A stretch of 64,000 bases of DNA from Haliotis rufescens (taxonomy: Eukaryota), in assembly GCF_023055435.1 (NCBI RefSeq), contig NW_025963813.1, positions 21,266,001-21,330,000 of the forward strand. The letters are read 5' to 3'. Within the stretch, counting starts at the first letter, position 1; each line of letters starts with the position of its first letter. Both the position numbers and the translations under genes were made by a program. The notes under the pieces are model-generated. The model worked only from the letters and a program-made list of their open reading frames with translations, was not told where the DNA came from and made no database searches. Shown one piece after another: positions 34,301-47,609 of the stretch.

Positions 34301-37165
34301 TCACACATTGTACCCATGTCGAGAATCGAACCCGGGTCTTCGGCATGACGAGCGAACGCTGTAACCACTAGGCTACCCGACCGCCCCTACACCAGATGAA
34401 AGTACACCAGGTGAAACTACACCAGATGAAACTACAACCGCGAAACTACACCAGGTGAAACTACACCAGATGAAACTACAACCGCGAAACTACACCAGGT
34501 GAAAGTACACCAGGTGAAACTACAACCGTGAAACTACACCAGGTGAAACTACACCAGATGAAACTACACCAGGTGAAATTACTACAGGTGAAACCACACC
34601 GGTGAAACTACACCAGATGAAACTACAACCGTGAAACTACACCAGGTGAAAGTATACCAGGTGAAACTACAACCGTGAAACTACACCAGTGAAACTACAC
34701 CAGGTGAAATTACTACAGGTGAAACCACACCTGTGAAACTACACCAGATGAAAGTACACCAGATGAAACTACAACCGCGAAACTACACCAGGTGAAACTA
34801 CACCAGATGAAAGTACACCAGATGAAACTATAACCGTGAAACTACACCAGGTGAAACTACACCAGGTGAAAGTACACCAGATGTAACTATAACCGCGAAA
34901 CTACACCAGATGAAAGTACACCAGATGAAAGTACACCAGATGAAACTATAACCGTGAAACTACACCAGGTGAAAGTACACCAGATGAAACTACACTAGGA
35001 GAAACTACACCAGGTGAAGCTACACCAGATGGAACTACAACAGGTGAAACTACACCAGGTGAAACTACACCAGATGAAACTACATGTACATCAGTTGAAA
35101 GTACACCAGATGAAACTATAACCGTGAAACTACACCAGGTGAAACTACATCAGTTGAAAGTACACCAGATGAGACTACAACCGTGAAACTACACCAGGTG
35201 ACACTACACCAGATGAAACTACAACCGCGAAACTACACCAGGTGAAACTACATCAGTTGAAAGTACACCAGATGAGACTACAACCGTGAAACTACACCAG
35301 GTGACACTACACAAGATGAAACTACAACCGTGAAAGTACACCAGGTGAAAGAACACCCGATGAAACTACAACCGCGAAACTACACCAGGTGAAACTACAC
35401 CAGATGAAACTACAACCGTGAAACTACACCAGGTGAAAGTACACCAGGTGAAACTACAACCGTGAAACTACACCAGGTGAAACTACACCAGATGAAACTA
35501 CAACCGTGAAACTACGTCAGGTGAAAGTACACCAGATGAAACTACACCAGATGAAAGTACACCAGGTGAAACTACACCAGATGAAAGTACAACCGCGAAA
35601 CTACACCAGGTGAAACTACACCAGACGAAACTACAACTGCGAAACTACACCAGATGAAACTACACCAGATGAAACTACAACCGTGAAACTACACCAGGTG
35701 AAACTACAACCGTGAAACTACACCAGGTGAAACTACACCAGATAAAACTACAACCGCGAAACTACACCAGGTGAAACTACACCAGTGAAACTACACCAGG
35801 TGAAACTACACCAGGGAAACTACACCAGATGAAAGTACACCAGATGAAACTACACCAGGTTAAACTAAACCAGATGAAACTACACCAGGTGAAACAACAC
35901 CAGATGAAACTACACCAGGTGAAACTACAACAGTGAAACTACAACGGGGAACTACACCAGTGAAAGTACACCAGTGAAAGTACACCAGGTGAAACTACAC
36001 CAGTGAAACTACACGAGGTAAAACTACACCAGTGAAAGTACACCAGGTGAAACTACACCAGTGAAACTACACCAGGTGAAACTACACCAGATGAAACTAC
36101 AACCATGAAACTACACCAGGTGAAAGTACACCAGATGAAACTACACTAGGTGAAACTACACCAGATGAAACTAAAACCTTGAAAGTACACCAGGTGAAAG
36201 TACACCAGATGAATCTACAACCGCGAAACTACACCAGGTGAAACTGCACCAGGTGAAAGTACACTAGATGAAACTACACCAGGTGAAACTACACCAGATG
36301 AAACTACAACCGTGAAACTACACCAGGTGAAAGTACACCAGATGAAACTACAACTATGAAACTATACCAGGTGAAACTACAACCGTGAAACTACACCAGA
36401 TGAAACTACAACCGCGAAACTACACCAGGTGAAACTACACCAGTGAAAGTACACCAGGTGAAAGAACACCCGATGAAACTACACCAGATGAAACTACACC
36501 AGATGAAACTACACCAGGTGAAACTACACCAGGTTAAACTACACAAGATGAAACTACACCAGGTTAAACAACACCAGATGAAACTACACCAGGTGAAACT
36601 ACAACAGTGAACCTACAACGGGGAACTACACCAGTGAAAGTACACCAGTTAAAGTACACCAGTGAAAGTACACCAGGTGTAACAACACCAGTGAAACTAC
36701 ACCAGGTGAAACTAGACCAGTGAAAGTACACCAGGTGAAACTACACCAGTGAAACTACACCAGGTGAAACTACACCAGTGAAAGTACACCAGGTGAAACT
36801 ACAACAGTGAAACTACACCAGATGAAACTACACCGGTGAAACTACACGAGGTTAAACTACACCAGGTTAAACTACACCAGTGAAACTACACTAGGTGAAA
36901 CTACACCAGTGAAACTACACTAGGTGAAACTACACCAGTGAAACTACACCAGGCTAAACTACACCAGTGAAACTACACCAGATGAAACTACACCAGGTGA
37001 AACTACATCAGTGAAAGTACACCAGGTGAAACTACACCAGATGAAACTACCCCAGGTGAAACTACATCCGTGAAACTATACCAAGGTAAACTACACCAGT
37101 TGAAACTACACCAGGGGAAACTACACCAGTGAAACTATACCATGTGAAACTACACGAGGTGAAGC
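31341..37165 (+). repeat. 5.8 kb satellite of mixed 14- and 15-bp units
   Basis: GAAACTACACCAGGT, GAAACTACACCAGT and GAAACTACAACCGT variants, with internal block duplications. Confidence 0.97.
34226..34387 (-). mobile_element. tRNA-SINE family A inserted in the 14/15-bp satellite
   Basis: Full-length match to 22313-22485. Flanked by TACACCAGATGA on both sides. Confidence 0.93.
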
Positions 37166-37280
37166 TGCCAAACGTGATCAAGATAGCTCTGAATGTTTAT
37201 TCTAAATACTAAAGAACACGAAGGCACTGAAGTCGTTTGGGTTTTAAACCCAATTCTATTCATGTTTAAATTACTGATCA

Positions 37281-38298
37281 ATAGAGGTTATCACGCGAGT
37301 GTGTTTGGGAATGGTAAATATCCTGCATTAGGAATAAACATTGTATTTAGCGAGCCTTGGCGAGCTAAATACATAGTGTTTATTCCTAATACAGGATATT
37401 TACCATCCCCAAACACACAAGCGTGATAACCTCTTTATCATATAATGTCATTCTTTAATTCTGTTCTTCAAAATCGCTTTCCCTCTCTCACAAACATTAC
37501 CGAAACATTGCGAGTTTTCCTGGAATGCGCGCATTAATATTTATTACGTCACATGGTAAGTGATGTGTCAATCGGACAGTGACAGTAGCCAATATAGTTA
37601 CAACTGAAATCTCTTTCTTATACAGTGGCGAAGCAACATATACGCAAAACAACAATTCTTTTTAATTGCCTTTCGCGTCAACCATCGGTCTGTTTGCTAG
37701 AGTAACTGCCCTTTGTCAAAGGGAAGTTACTCTAACCCTAGTCTATGAGACGTCACGGCCACGGTCAGACTTTGTTGACAGTCGGTCTGTCCTGTCATAA
37801 CGTTAAGAAGTGTAGTCAGATGTACACAAAGCGACAAAACGAAACAGGGAAACAATTCAAACATATTTCGGCCAAATCCAACTATTTTAATTTGTGGAGA
37901 AAGGTTCAAGCAGCAGGTCTACAAGCACAGATATGGCTACTGATCCCGCTTGGCTAGGCCTCGTGCCCTCGCAAAATTGTGTCGAAATTTATATCTCCAA
38001 AGTTGCCAAAACTTATAAAATGCCTTAGCTACGTCACAGTAAGACACTGATTTTTAGTATATTAGACTGTTCTTTTGATAATGAAAGCAATTATCTCTGT
38101 AGTTTATCCAGATTCCCGGTGGTTAAATCTGACTCGATCGCCGAATAACGAGGGCGACGCCATGTTTGTTTATAAACAGTGAAAGTAGTCCCTACTTGAC
38201 CTTTGATATTTGCATCTCTATCCGCATATGACCCCAACGGATATCGTTTTTATCCGTTGGCTTTATCCTGCCGAGAAACCTACCCATTATATGATAAA
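37281..38298 (+). mobile_element. Non-autonomous ~1 kb Crypton-like element, copy 2 (intact hairpin)
   Basis: Collinear with 3008-4007 from ATAGAGGTTATCACGC to CCCATTATATGATAAA. Confidence 0.85.
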
Positions 38299-38990
38299 GG
38301 GACATACATGGTTTATGTTAATGATATCAAAACATGTACGTATGTGTATAACCGAAACATGTTTAGATGTACATGTTGTGGGACGAGAAAGGTGGTAAGG
38401 TTCGTGTTTACAATCTAGCAACTTTCCATAAAGAGTATGAAATGTATATCACATTTTATTGTACCATCAACATTCTTTTGTTATTGATAAGTCATCCAAC
38501 GGATGATTGTCAGTTTTCGGGTACGCTTGAACCGTTAGTAGCATCTGCAGCCAAATGTATCATGGATGTATCTAGTCTTGACCACAGACGCGCGCGTTCT
38601 TGGTTTGTGTTGTTAATCCACCAATAATAGGACTCAAGCGAATACGTCCACCTCACTGGAACTCTATAGAACATCAATTTTGTCGAACATGGATTTCGGA
38701 TATTAGGAGATTACTGCTTTGTGTGTTGAAAGTCCTGCGTAGAATGGAATCTGATTCTCATTATTGCCAACGCAAACGTTTATACAACAATTTATCGATC
38801 AAATCAGATGTCTCTAAAGCATTTTGAAAAGAATGTCGACAGCGACACGAATGTCTTACTTAGTTCTAATAATTGCGTCCAATTTGGCAGCGATGACGGA
38901 AAAAAGTCAAGCAAGCAATATAATGCAATTTATCTAAGAGAATATAATAACCTATGTAGTTTGCATTCATCAGTTGAACGGAAGCATGAC

Positions 38991-38995
38991 GTAGA

Positions 38996-39037
<42 letters not shown>

Positions 39038-39065
39038 TATAGATAGACAGACATATAGATAGATA
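38991..39065 (+). repeat. (TAGA)n/(CAGA)n compound microsatellite
   Basis: Directly visible. Confidence 0.92.
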
Positions 39066-39334
39066 TCCCAAATGAATAAACGTGTACATGTACCATGGCA
39101 GATATAAATGTATAATAATGTTAGACCATTAGGGTGGTTACGATAGTGTTACAGATTAGTATTGTAAATCAAACCCTTACGTATGAACAATCCCTGGTAC
39201 GTCAGTGATGCCAGTGTCCACTCTTCTCTCGCCAAATGAGAGGTGCCTCTCTAGGTAGAAGTCGGCACATGTTGGGGGGGGGAGGGGGGGAATTTCACAT
39301 GTAAACGCTAAATAAACTGAGAGGCAAAAGAAGT

Positions 39335-39410
39335 CGTACATTGTCGGGAATCGAACCCGGGTCTTCGACGTGACGAGCGAACACTTTAACCACTAGGCTA
39401 CCCGACCGCC
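39335..39410 (-). mobile_element. tRNA-like head fragment of SINE family A
   Basis: Matches the first ~70 nt of family A; body and tail absent. Confidence 0.8.
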
Positions 39411-41859
39411 GAAGAAAAGAAGGATAGAATTGACTTTTGTTAATGTTGATTATGTATTTGTCACTCATTCCTGCAACAGTGTAGAAAAAGTAATCTCTGG
39501 TCGAGTAGACATTTGTGTACAAGTAAATGGGTTCAATGGAGACTGGGATAAAACACAAGTTTGCAACCACGTGACCCCTACCATGTTTGAAAAGTTATAA
39601 ATTTGTGCCGCAACCCCCCCCCCCCCCCCCCCCCCCCCCCACCACCACCACCACCAAAATTTAAAAACCCCAAAAAACCCAATCAAATGAATTAATGTCA
39701 AAGATAAATAGTCTGATACCCATCATCTGATACAATATCGCTAAATTAAATTATTTTCAATTGGAAATCAAACATCAAATCAACCGAGAGGTATAGTCAT
39801 GTGCCCCTCAGGTTATATAGGCATAACGATGTTCTCTAAATCAAACTCGTTCGGTTATATTTTGACAGTTACATAAATTCATATGTCTCATCACAATGAA
39901 TATCACACGGTCGTTTGCTTGACTGATCTTTGCTCAAGCAATTACTAGAATATAAAATATATAAATTCGAATGATATGAATTCTAGATCGTTGCACCAAT
40001 ATGTCTTCCTTCTAAGGCACCAATACTACCGTGACATCAAAACGCTGCTGACCCCTATGCTTGTGGGTTCGAATCCCGATTGGCCCCAATCATATTTCTA
40101 GGTTTGTCAGCACCATACCCGTGCTCGAGGGTTTCAAACACACTGACGCATCAACACGCTTCTGAGACACCAGATACTAGTGTGTATAATGGAATTACCT
40201 TTCACGTTATCTGTCCCAATTCATCCTCTTGCCGTCTGATATGTGTTACTTACATGCTGAGGTTTATGTATACTGTAATGGAGAACAGACCCATTGGTCA
40301 CTTCAACTCTTAATGCGTATCTACTGAGTGCGGATCCATTGACAGGTGAGAGAAATATGATTTTTGAAATCTGTATTTAGCGTATCTAAATAAAGCAACA
40401 TGAGAACGAGCCAAGCAGAGTTCAACACAAATAAACACATGATAGAGAGGTTGTTGAAAAGATGGCCGAAACTCTTGTTGAGAGATGTTATGAGACAAAA
40501 CGACAAAGTTGATTAACACTACAGTAGTCCTTCATAAACGTATAACAATAACATATTAACATTATGTTATACGACCTGTGCCGCGGGGAAACTGAATATA
40601 CTACGTGTATGCATCTAATATGTGAGGGTTCAATTGGATATTTAATAAGCCTAGATATTTCTATATAACTGTTTTTACAAGACCTTGTGTATAAGTTAAA
40701 AAAATGGAAACTGCCTTTGTAGTTGATGATGATGATTATAAAATGAGGAAATGTCATACGTGCCTATGAATTGTGATCGTTAGTATTGCTTTGCATGACG
40801 TGTACATTTGACTGTTATCCTCTTTTTGTGAACGGACATTCTTACATGTCAGCAAGGAAAGTCAAATACTCACGGTCGTGAATCCAAATGTTTGACGCCT
40901 AGGACCTTATTGTTTTATTGAAGGAAAGATTAAATGCAAAAGCATATAGCAAGTCCGAATTTGGGGATTATTCCAGCAAATGTTATGGTAATACCACAGG
41001 GCCATCTGCGAGACAGACATATGAACTTTACCACACAGTCAGGGCTAGAGGGAAGCGGTTTCATCAGTTAGCAAGAGATGCCATAATGGAACTCAACAGC
41101 TTGTATGTCAACAGTATTCCTGGTTTCACAAACTATGAGAACACATTGTACGCACGACAGGCGTCTCACAGTAGCAATACCATCTGCCCTCCTGGGTGGG
41201 TGGGTGTGTTTATAATTTGCAACACTGCCCAGGACGTGCACGTGATCATCAAAAACACCCACTTCTCCATATGAGCCGACCATCGAGTCGTCAGTTAACA
41301 GCAGATACGCTATTGCAATCTGGCTCAATATATACTGTTGCTTTCAATCTAATCCTTAATTTTTGGATTGTTGTACTTGTCACATTAGACATCTTCCATC
41401 CAGAATAGGCCGATCCGTTGTAAGCATGCCAACAGCTCTCACAGTCGATTTGATTTAATTGTGGCATATTGGGATTTTGAATTCATCATTTCACAATGTA
41501 ATTCTACGAGACAGGGTTTCGGTTTGAGGCTTAATATCACGTGTTATTCCGATGTGATGTTGATGTGACAAGTATGAAACAAGTGTTTACAATGTGATCA
41601 CGTCGTGCCAGATGGCAGACAATGCGATTGCATGGTTTGATGTGAGTCCAAGCTTACATGGCCAAGTTCATAACATGTATACTTTCATCAGTCGTTGAGG
41701 ATATATTAGTTGCAACCAACTAATCACATGCCATTAAGAATTTAATATAAATTTCGAATTTTGGAAATTTGGAAATTCTGTACATGTGTGAAATGATGCG
41801 CATTTTATCTTTCAAGAAACACATGATTACCGCATTAATTTACTTACAGTTTATCGACT

Positions 41860-42105
41860 TGTTTGTTTGTTGTTTAACCCCTCACTCAGCAATATTCCAG
41901 CTATGTGACGGCTGTCTGTAAATAATCGAGTCTGGACCAGACAATCCAGTGACAATCCACGCAATTGGGAGACGATGACATGCATCAACCAAGTCAGCGA
42001 GCCTGACCACCCGATCCCGTTAGTCGCCTTTTACGACAAGCATAGTCACCTTTTACGGCAAACATGGGTTGCTGCAGACCTGTTCTACCCCGGATCTTCA
42101 CGTGT
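41860..42105 (-). mobile_element. SINE family B copy
   Basis: Aligns to 30450-30714 with a small internal deletion. Confidence 0.85.
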
Positions 42106-42564
42106 CTTGACATTAGTGATATAAACATTCAAACCATTACAGTAAAGTAGGATGCCTTTGAAAAATACCATGTCATATCTACATTGTACTAATACAACTT
42201 CAAAGACACTTTCTGGCACGATGGATTTGAAATCTGCATTGCGACTGGCCTGCCAGCGATATGGAACCTATGTGGGTGCCTGGTGACAGCATCCCCGAGA
42301 AAGAAAATATGTATTTAGAAGAATTGCGGCGAAACCGCATTATCAGTGGTTCATATTGGGAAAGGGAGGTCACTCTAATTTCAAACGGGAGCCATCTCCG
42401 TTGTTTTCGTATTTGCGAGAAATCGCGTCACCCACGCTGTACGTCGTTGGTCCAGCTATTAAATGCCCAGCTTATCCCTAAGGTAAAACGTATTCTTAAT
42501 TACATGTTTGAATGCATTATATATTTATGTTACCATCCGTACATCTTCTAAGATTGGTTTAGTG

Positions 42565-43035
42565 CTGATAACCATTTTCTAAAATGTGGGCCCACATCTT
42601 TCCCGTCATCTATGGTGATCGAAACAAGTGGGCCCACATTTGTATTTCGCCTAGCTTCGTTAGGTTGTTTCGTTAGTTCTGATAATCAATTCCTAAATGT
42701 GGGCAGACAGTTCTTCCGTCATATTGATTTCAACAGGAGGGACCACATTTATTAATCGCGAAATTCTACTTAGATACTAGTGTTGATAATCATTTTCTTA
42801 AATGTGGGCCCACATTGTTCCCGTCATATATGGTGATCGAAACAAGTGGGCCGACATTTGTATATCGCCTAGTGGGTAGACGTTTTTCCGTCATAGTGAT
42901 TGCAACAGGAGGGACCACATTAAAAAATCGCTAAGCTTCATTAGCTTGGCTTACTTAATAACCATTGTCTAAAATGTGGGGCCACATTGTTCCCGTCTTA
43001 TAGTGATCGAAACAGGTGGGCCCACATTTGTAAAT
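42565..43035 (+). repeat. Degenerate ~100-bp tandem repeat with alternating subtypes, built on the palindrome ATGTGGGCCCACAT
   Basis: About five recurrences of AAATGTGGGCCCACA..TTCCCGTCAT...AACA(A/G)G(T/A)GG. Confidence 0.75.
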
Positions 43036-45050
43036 CGCTGGGTTTCATTGGGTTGACGAAGTCATTTAGGCTAGTTGGCTCACATTTGTCATTACTTTGC
43101 ATGGGTATGTGACATTATATATTATTCTCATTTTGTAATATTGATGGGAAATATCTTTATAAATCATTTCGTGTCACGTTAATTCCACGAAAGGCACAAC
43201 AGTCTTTGAAGTCATCATAGCTGACCACACTAGTTTAAAAAAAATAGTTACAAAGCAAGAAACTTGCTTTGCTTCACATTAAATTTACAGAGGCAATACC
43301 ACTCATTCTACTGTTTCAAGTATAACACATTAATCTTATCATAAGTGTTGGTGGCGATATAAGCCTGAAAATGTGTCTACACTTGATTTGATCTCGCACA
43401 TCAAACGTTTCCGAGAACTTGTTCCATAAAAGGAATAACTCATGAATATTAATGACCCCACGACCTAGTTTGGCGATGTTCGTAGAAGTGAGTTCTGCTG
43501 TATTGCCATCGCATTTGTACATTTTAATCCAATTATAAGTCATAATACTTATTTTAAATAGACAAAATAGCAGTTCGTAATGCGGTCTTGTTTACGTAGT
43601 ATACATATTCTCAACAACAACTGCGTTTAGTTTCGAATGTGGGCCCACCTCGAACTTTCGATTAGGCAAACAGAGTTAGCTCCCTTCTCGAACCACCGAT
43701 GATGCAAACCAGATCGGAGGTCAACTACAAATGGTGATATTTTTCGTAAAGTTAAATAACGCACTGAGGTTCATGAATACGATGAATGCATGTATATATT
43801 ATAAGGATAACGGAATTTGTCGGGCCATTATCAATTACAGAAGCTTGAGGTTTGTCATAAACTCGTCTGTCTTGAACTGCCCTAAGGAGTTGAACGGACC
43901 GAGTACTTCTGCCAATGACAATGCCCTGAAAACAGCGTTACCAATTTTATTGTTAAAATTGATATCCGTTGTCAATAGTATGATCGTATCCTTAAAACAA
44001 TCCAATAAATATAAACAATAACATATGGTAAGGAGCTGTTCAGAATACAACAGATGTCTGTGTAACACTGGTCTGGTAACTTGTCATCAGCAATGGATTA
44101 CGTCACCATAAAGTCGCGTGACATTATTCGACCTGGCTATCGATTCCACCAACATTAGAGTGAAGCTATTTTTAGAGCTATTCAAACATCAAATGTCGAG
44201 GTTTGCTGGGCACTGACAGAGAGGAATGATTGATACTGACATTGAAAGAGGTTTGACGCCCAAACGTTGCACGGGAAAGGAATGTTCCCCTTCCCGGCAG
44301 TGTTCAATATTAACTACATCGGCAATCTGTCGTTTGTTTCCTCATTTAAATCAGTGTCGTCTTTGTTCAAAATATATGATGCGGCGTTAAACAATAATCA
44401 CTCAAATTTCTGCACGGAACTTCATTTACTCATATATCAGCTGGTACGTAAGGCACTCGCAGTCCCCCGAGTCGTCAAAGCCGTGCGGCCAGACGCAGTG
44501 TTTACCTGTGTTAGTATGTAAACTAGCTATGACATCATTCCGCAACGAGATTGATAATGGCCGATGTTAGGCAAAATGATGTCATTATCAAATTACAGTG
44601 GCCCACACTGTGTCATTTATGATAAACAGCAGACACGATGAGTGACAACTTAGAAAATGATATTGTCAAATTCAGAATTATCAATACAGCTTGACATTGA
44701 GTGCGTCATGTGCTGTTACGCCTTGGACTCTTGATGTATTGTCTTTTAACTAAACATTGCAAGGGTAGTCTCATTTTCTCATAGGTTGACAAGACATCCG
44801 CACAAGATGATGTAGTTGTGTGTTGTTGTAATGGTTGTAATATATATTTATTTATTATTTATATAACTGTTTGGGTGTATGAAAGCAAACATGAAAGGGA
44901 ACAAAAGAAAACCTCCACTTAGGTCTTGACACCTATCCGACTCAATCGATGACACATCACGTATCGTTGCCAATCTTAACAAACATGTAAGTTTGTTATG
45001 GGAGAGTAGAGATTAACCTAACGTGGTTTTATTAAATCACAGATTTCATA

Positions 45051-45168
45051 AGACGAATCGTTACCTGAACAAATGTACAGGAGGTTTATCCTTAAATTCA
45101 GCTGCGTAAGTGTCGTAATTCATTCAGGGATAAACCGCCTGTAAATTTCTTTCAGGTGTCGATTCGTC
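45051..45168. repeat. Long imperfect inverted repeat (hairpin)
   Basis: AGACGAATCG..ACCTGAA...TACAGG.GGTTTATCC pairs with GGATAAACC.CCTGTA...TTCAGGT.CGATTCGTCT. Confidence 0.75.
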
Positions 45169-47225
45169 TTTCGAAACTTAAAAATTTAACAGATCAATTC
45201 AGTATGCAAGTAAAACAAATTAACAGAACGGTGATCAGATTTTACGTAACAAATAATATTGTTCAATGCACATAAAATGTAGTCCTTGTGTATATTAACG
45301 TAAAAGGGCGGTTCGTGACCTTCACCACCATTATCGTCTCCGCCACCTTGCCATTTTCTAGTAAAAGGAATACAACATTTTTCATCGTCCTATAGAAAGC
45401 ATACATCGGATCTTTTGTTACACAAGCGAACTCAAGTAATGAATAAGCTTTGCGGAGCTTAATGGCCAAAGATTAAGTGTCTGGCCCAGAACAGATATTT
45501 CTGGCCTAACAAGAGAAATAACAGACTGATCCAAGTCATCAAATGCACTCTGTTACAATAGTTTTGTAACCAGGCAACAATCTCCGAGGTCATGTAGTTG
45601 TTCCTCATCTGTCAACTTGTAACCATTTTCTTTCCTGTGACTTTTTTAAAACCAGGAACTAATTGATCCAGGACACATTCCTGTCTACTTTATCTTAATG
45701 TAGGGAGCTTTGCTTTCAAGTAAACCAAGGAACTGTACTCCATTAAGGTAATGTTAAACCTATCACCAAAGACCGTAAAGACATTTCTACCATCAGGGAT
45801 GTGTGAATTTACTCCATGCCCGTTTTACATCGTAAAAGATGCATAAGTGCGATGTCACCTACATTGCCATTCATATGTGCTCAAGGCATATCTAGAACGA
45901 TTTTATCATCTGAGAACGATACGGCTGCAGATATATTTACATGTATATATGGTTTGGTAAACAATGAGTGATACATGTTTTTATACAAATGAAGAATGTT
46001 TGCTGATCTACAGTTTGCCCTGCCAGATGTACTCGGAAGACACAAGGTCAAACTAAATTGTCCTGAATGAAGTATAGAGTTATAAACAAACATTAGAAAT
46101 ACATTGTCACATTCCGAGGAACGGCTGATACTGCGCCAGCTGACGATAACCTGGAGGAGCAGCACTCTAGCAGCAAAGGGTACTTTCTTTGAAGCATATT
46201 TACGCCTAAGTTGATGCATGTCTCTCTAGGAACATGGTGTAGCAAGCACTTAGGTGTAGGCATGTTTCATAGAACGTTGCCCATTTCACACGGACCACAG
46301 TTGCCGAACACCGGGACGTTGGAGATATGAATTTAGATTTTGATGCGAAAATGCAGTAAGGAAAGTAATAGAATGCGGTTTAAGAAAACTAGGACATAAT
46401 CTTTTTTACAACAGTCATCGTATACCTGTGTTGCCGAGTTTTCACCTCATTACATGTTTCAGCTGTGCTAATAATCGATTGGCCGTTCTCTGCCACATGA
46501 AAACAGCCATGATCGGTTAAGGATGTAGAAGTCTGAAGACTTTATTATAATATTAGTGGGTTCTTGGTGCAATCAAATATAAACCATCAATCACGTGCGT
46601 ATTTTTATTAAATACAACAAGCACAATTTCGTTTCCAGGGCAGACTGAATAATTTAACTATTATACACATTGTTGTTTTTTTACTATTAAGGCATTATTA
46701 TTTCAGAGACCCTCCCTTGCATCCTTAGTTGTTTCAACTAGTTTTCACAAATTAGACAAACTATTTACAAAACTTGTTTTCAGAGGTTGTATGTTGCCAA
46801 GGGGAAGCTAGTTATTTGTTTCTAACTCTGCACTTTACCCAAAAGATGTATTGACGCAGACGTGAAGGACCATTAATACACTGCCACGAGCGACAAATGC
46901 GATATCTAATCAGCGAGGTCTTTATTTGCTGTCTTTATGTTCCCAGAATAAGTCAATGGCCATGTCTTTATTCACCGCCTAAAGAACAGTTCCATTTTTT
47001 CTGACACATTGGTCCATATTAACGTCATCCTTTACTCTGCATTTGGATTTTTTTATAATATGTCTAAACCTCATACTGTTTACCACTCGAACTATATTGG
47101 ATGGCAAAATTGACGTTGAAATGTATGACAAGAGCTAATTGGAATTATAATTTAATGATGTGAGCGTTAAGTCCTGTCATATGTACATGATTTGGAACAT
47201 GCATTGAAGCTACAGTTTTCATATT

Positions 47226-47425
47226 GGTTTTGTTTGTTGTTAAACGCCGCACTCAGCAATATTCCAGCTAAATAACGGTGGTCTGTAAATAATCGAGTGT
47301 GGACCAGACAACCCAGTGATCGACATCATGAGCATCGAATCACGCAATTGAGATACGATGACATGCATCAACCAAGTCAGCAAGCCTGACAACCCGATCC
47401 CGTTAGTCGCCTCTTACGACAAGCA
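47226..47425 (-). mobile_element. SINE family B, 5'-truncated
   Basis: Aligns to the 3' three-quarters of 30450-30714. Confidence 0.85.
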
Positions 47426-47609
47426 TAATTGCACGACACAATGCGTTATAGTCATTAAGTGACAAAGGGTCAATTCTCATTTAAAAAATCATTATAATAA
47501 TCATCAAGCGTTTTCTACACTAACATTTTATTTTTATTCCCACTTTGTTAATTCCAGCAATATTTTACATATAAGGAAAAGGTATCTATTGCAATATATT
47601 TTATGTTAC

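Noticed and set aside
31341-37165. Mucin-like ETTPG/ETTPD coding exon
   Set aside because: Frequent 14-bp units break the frame, a SINE interrupts the array, and no splice context is evident.
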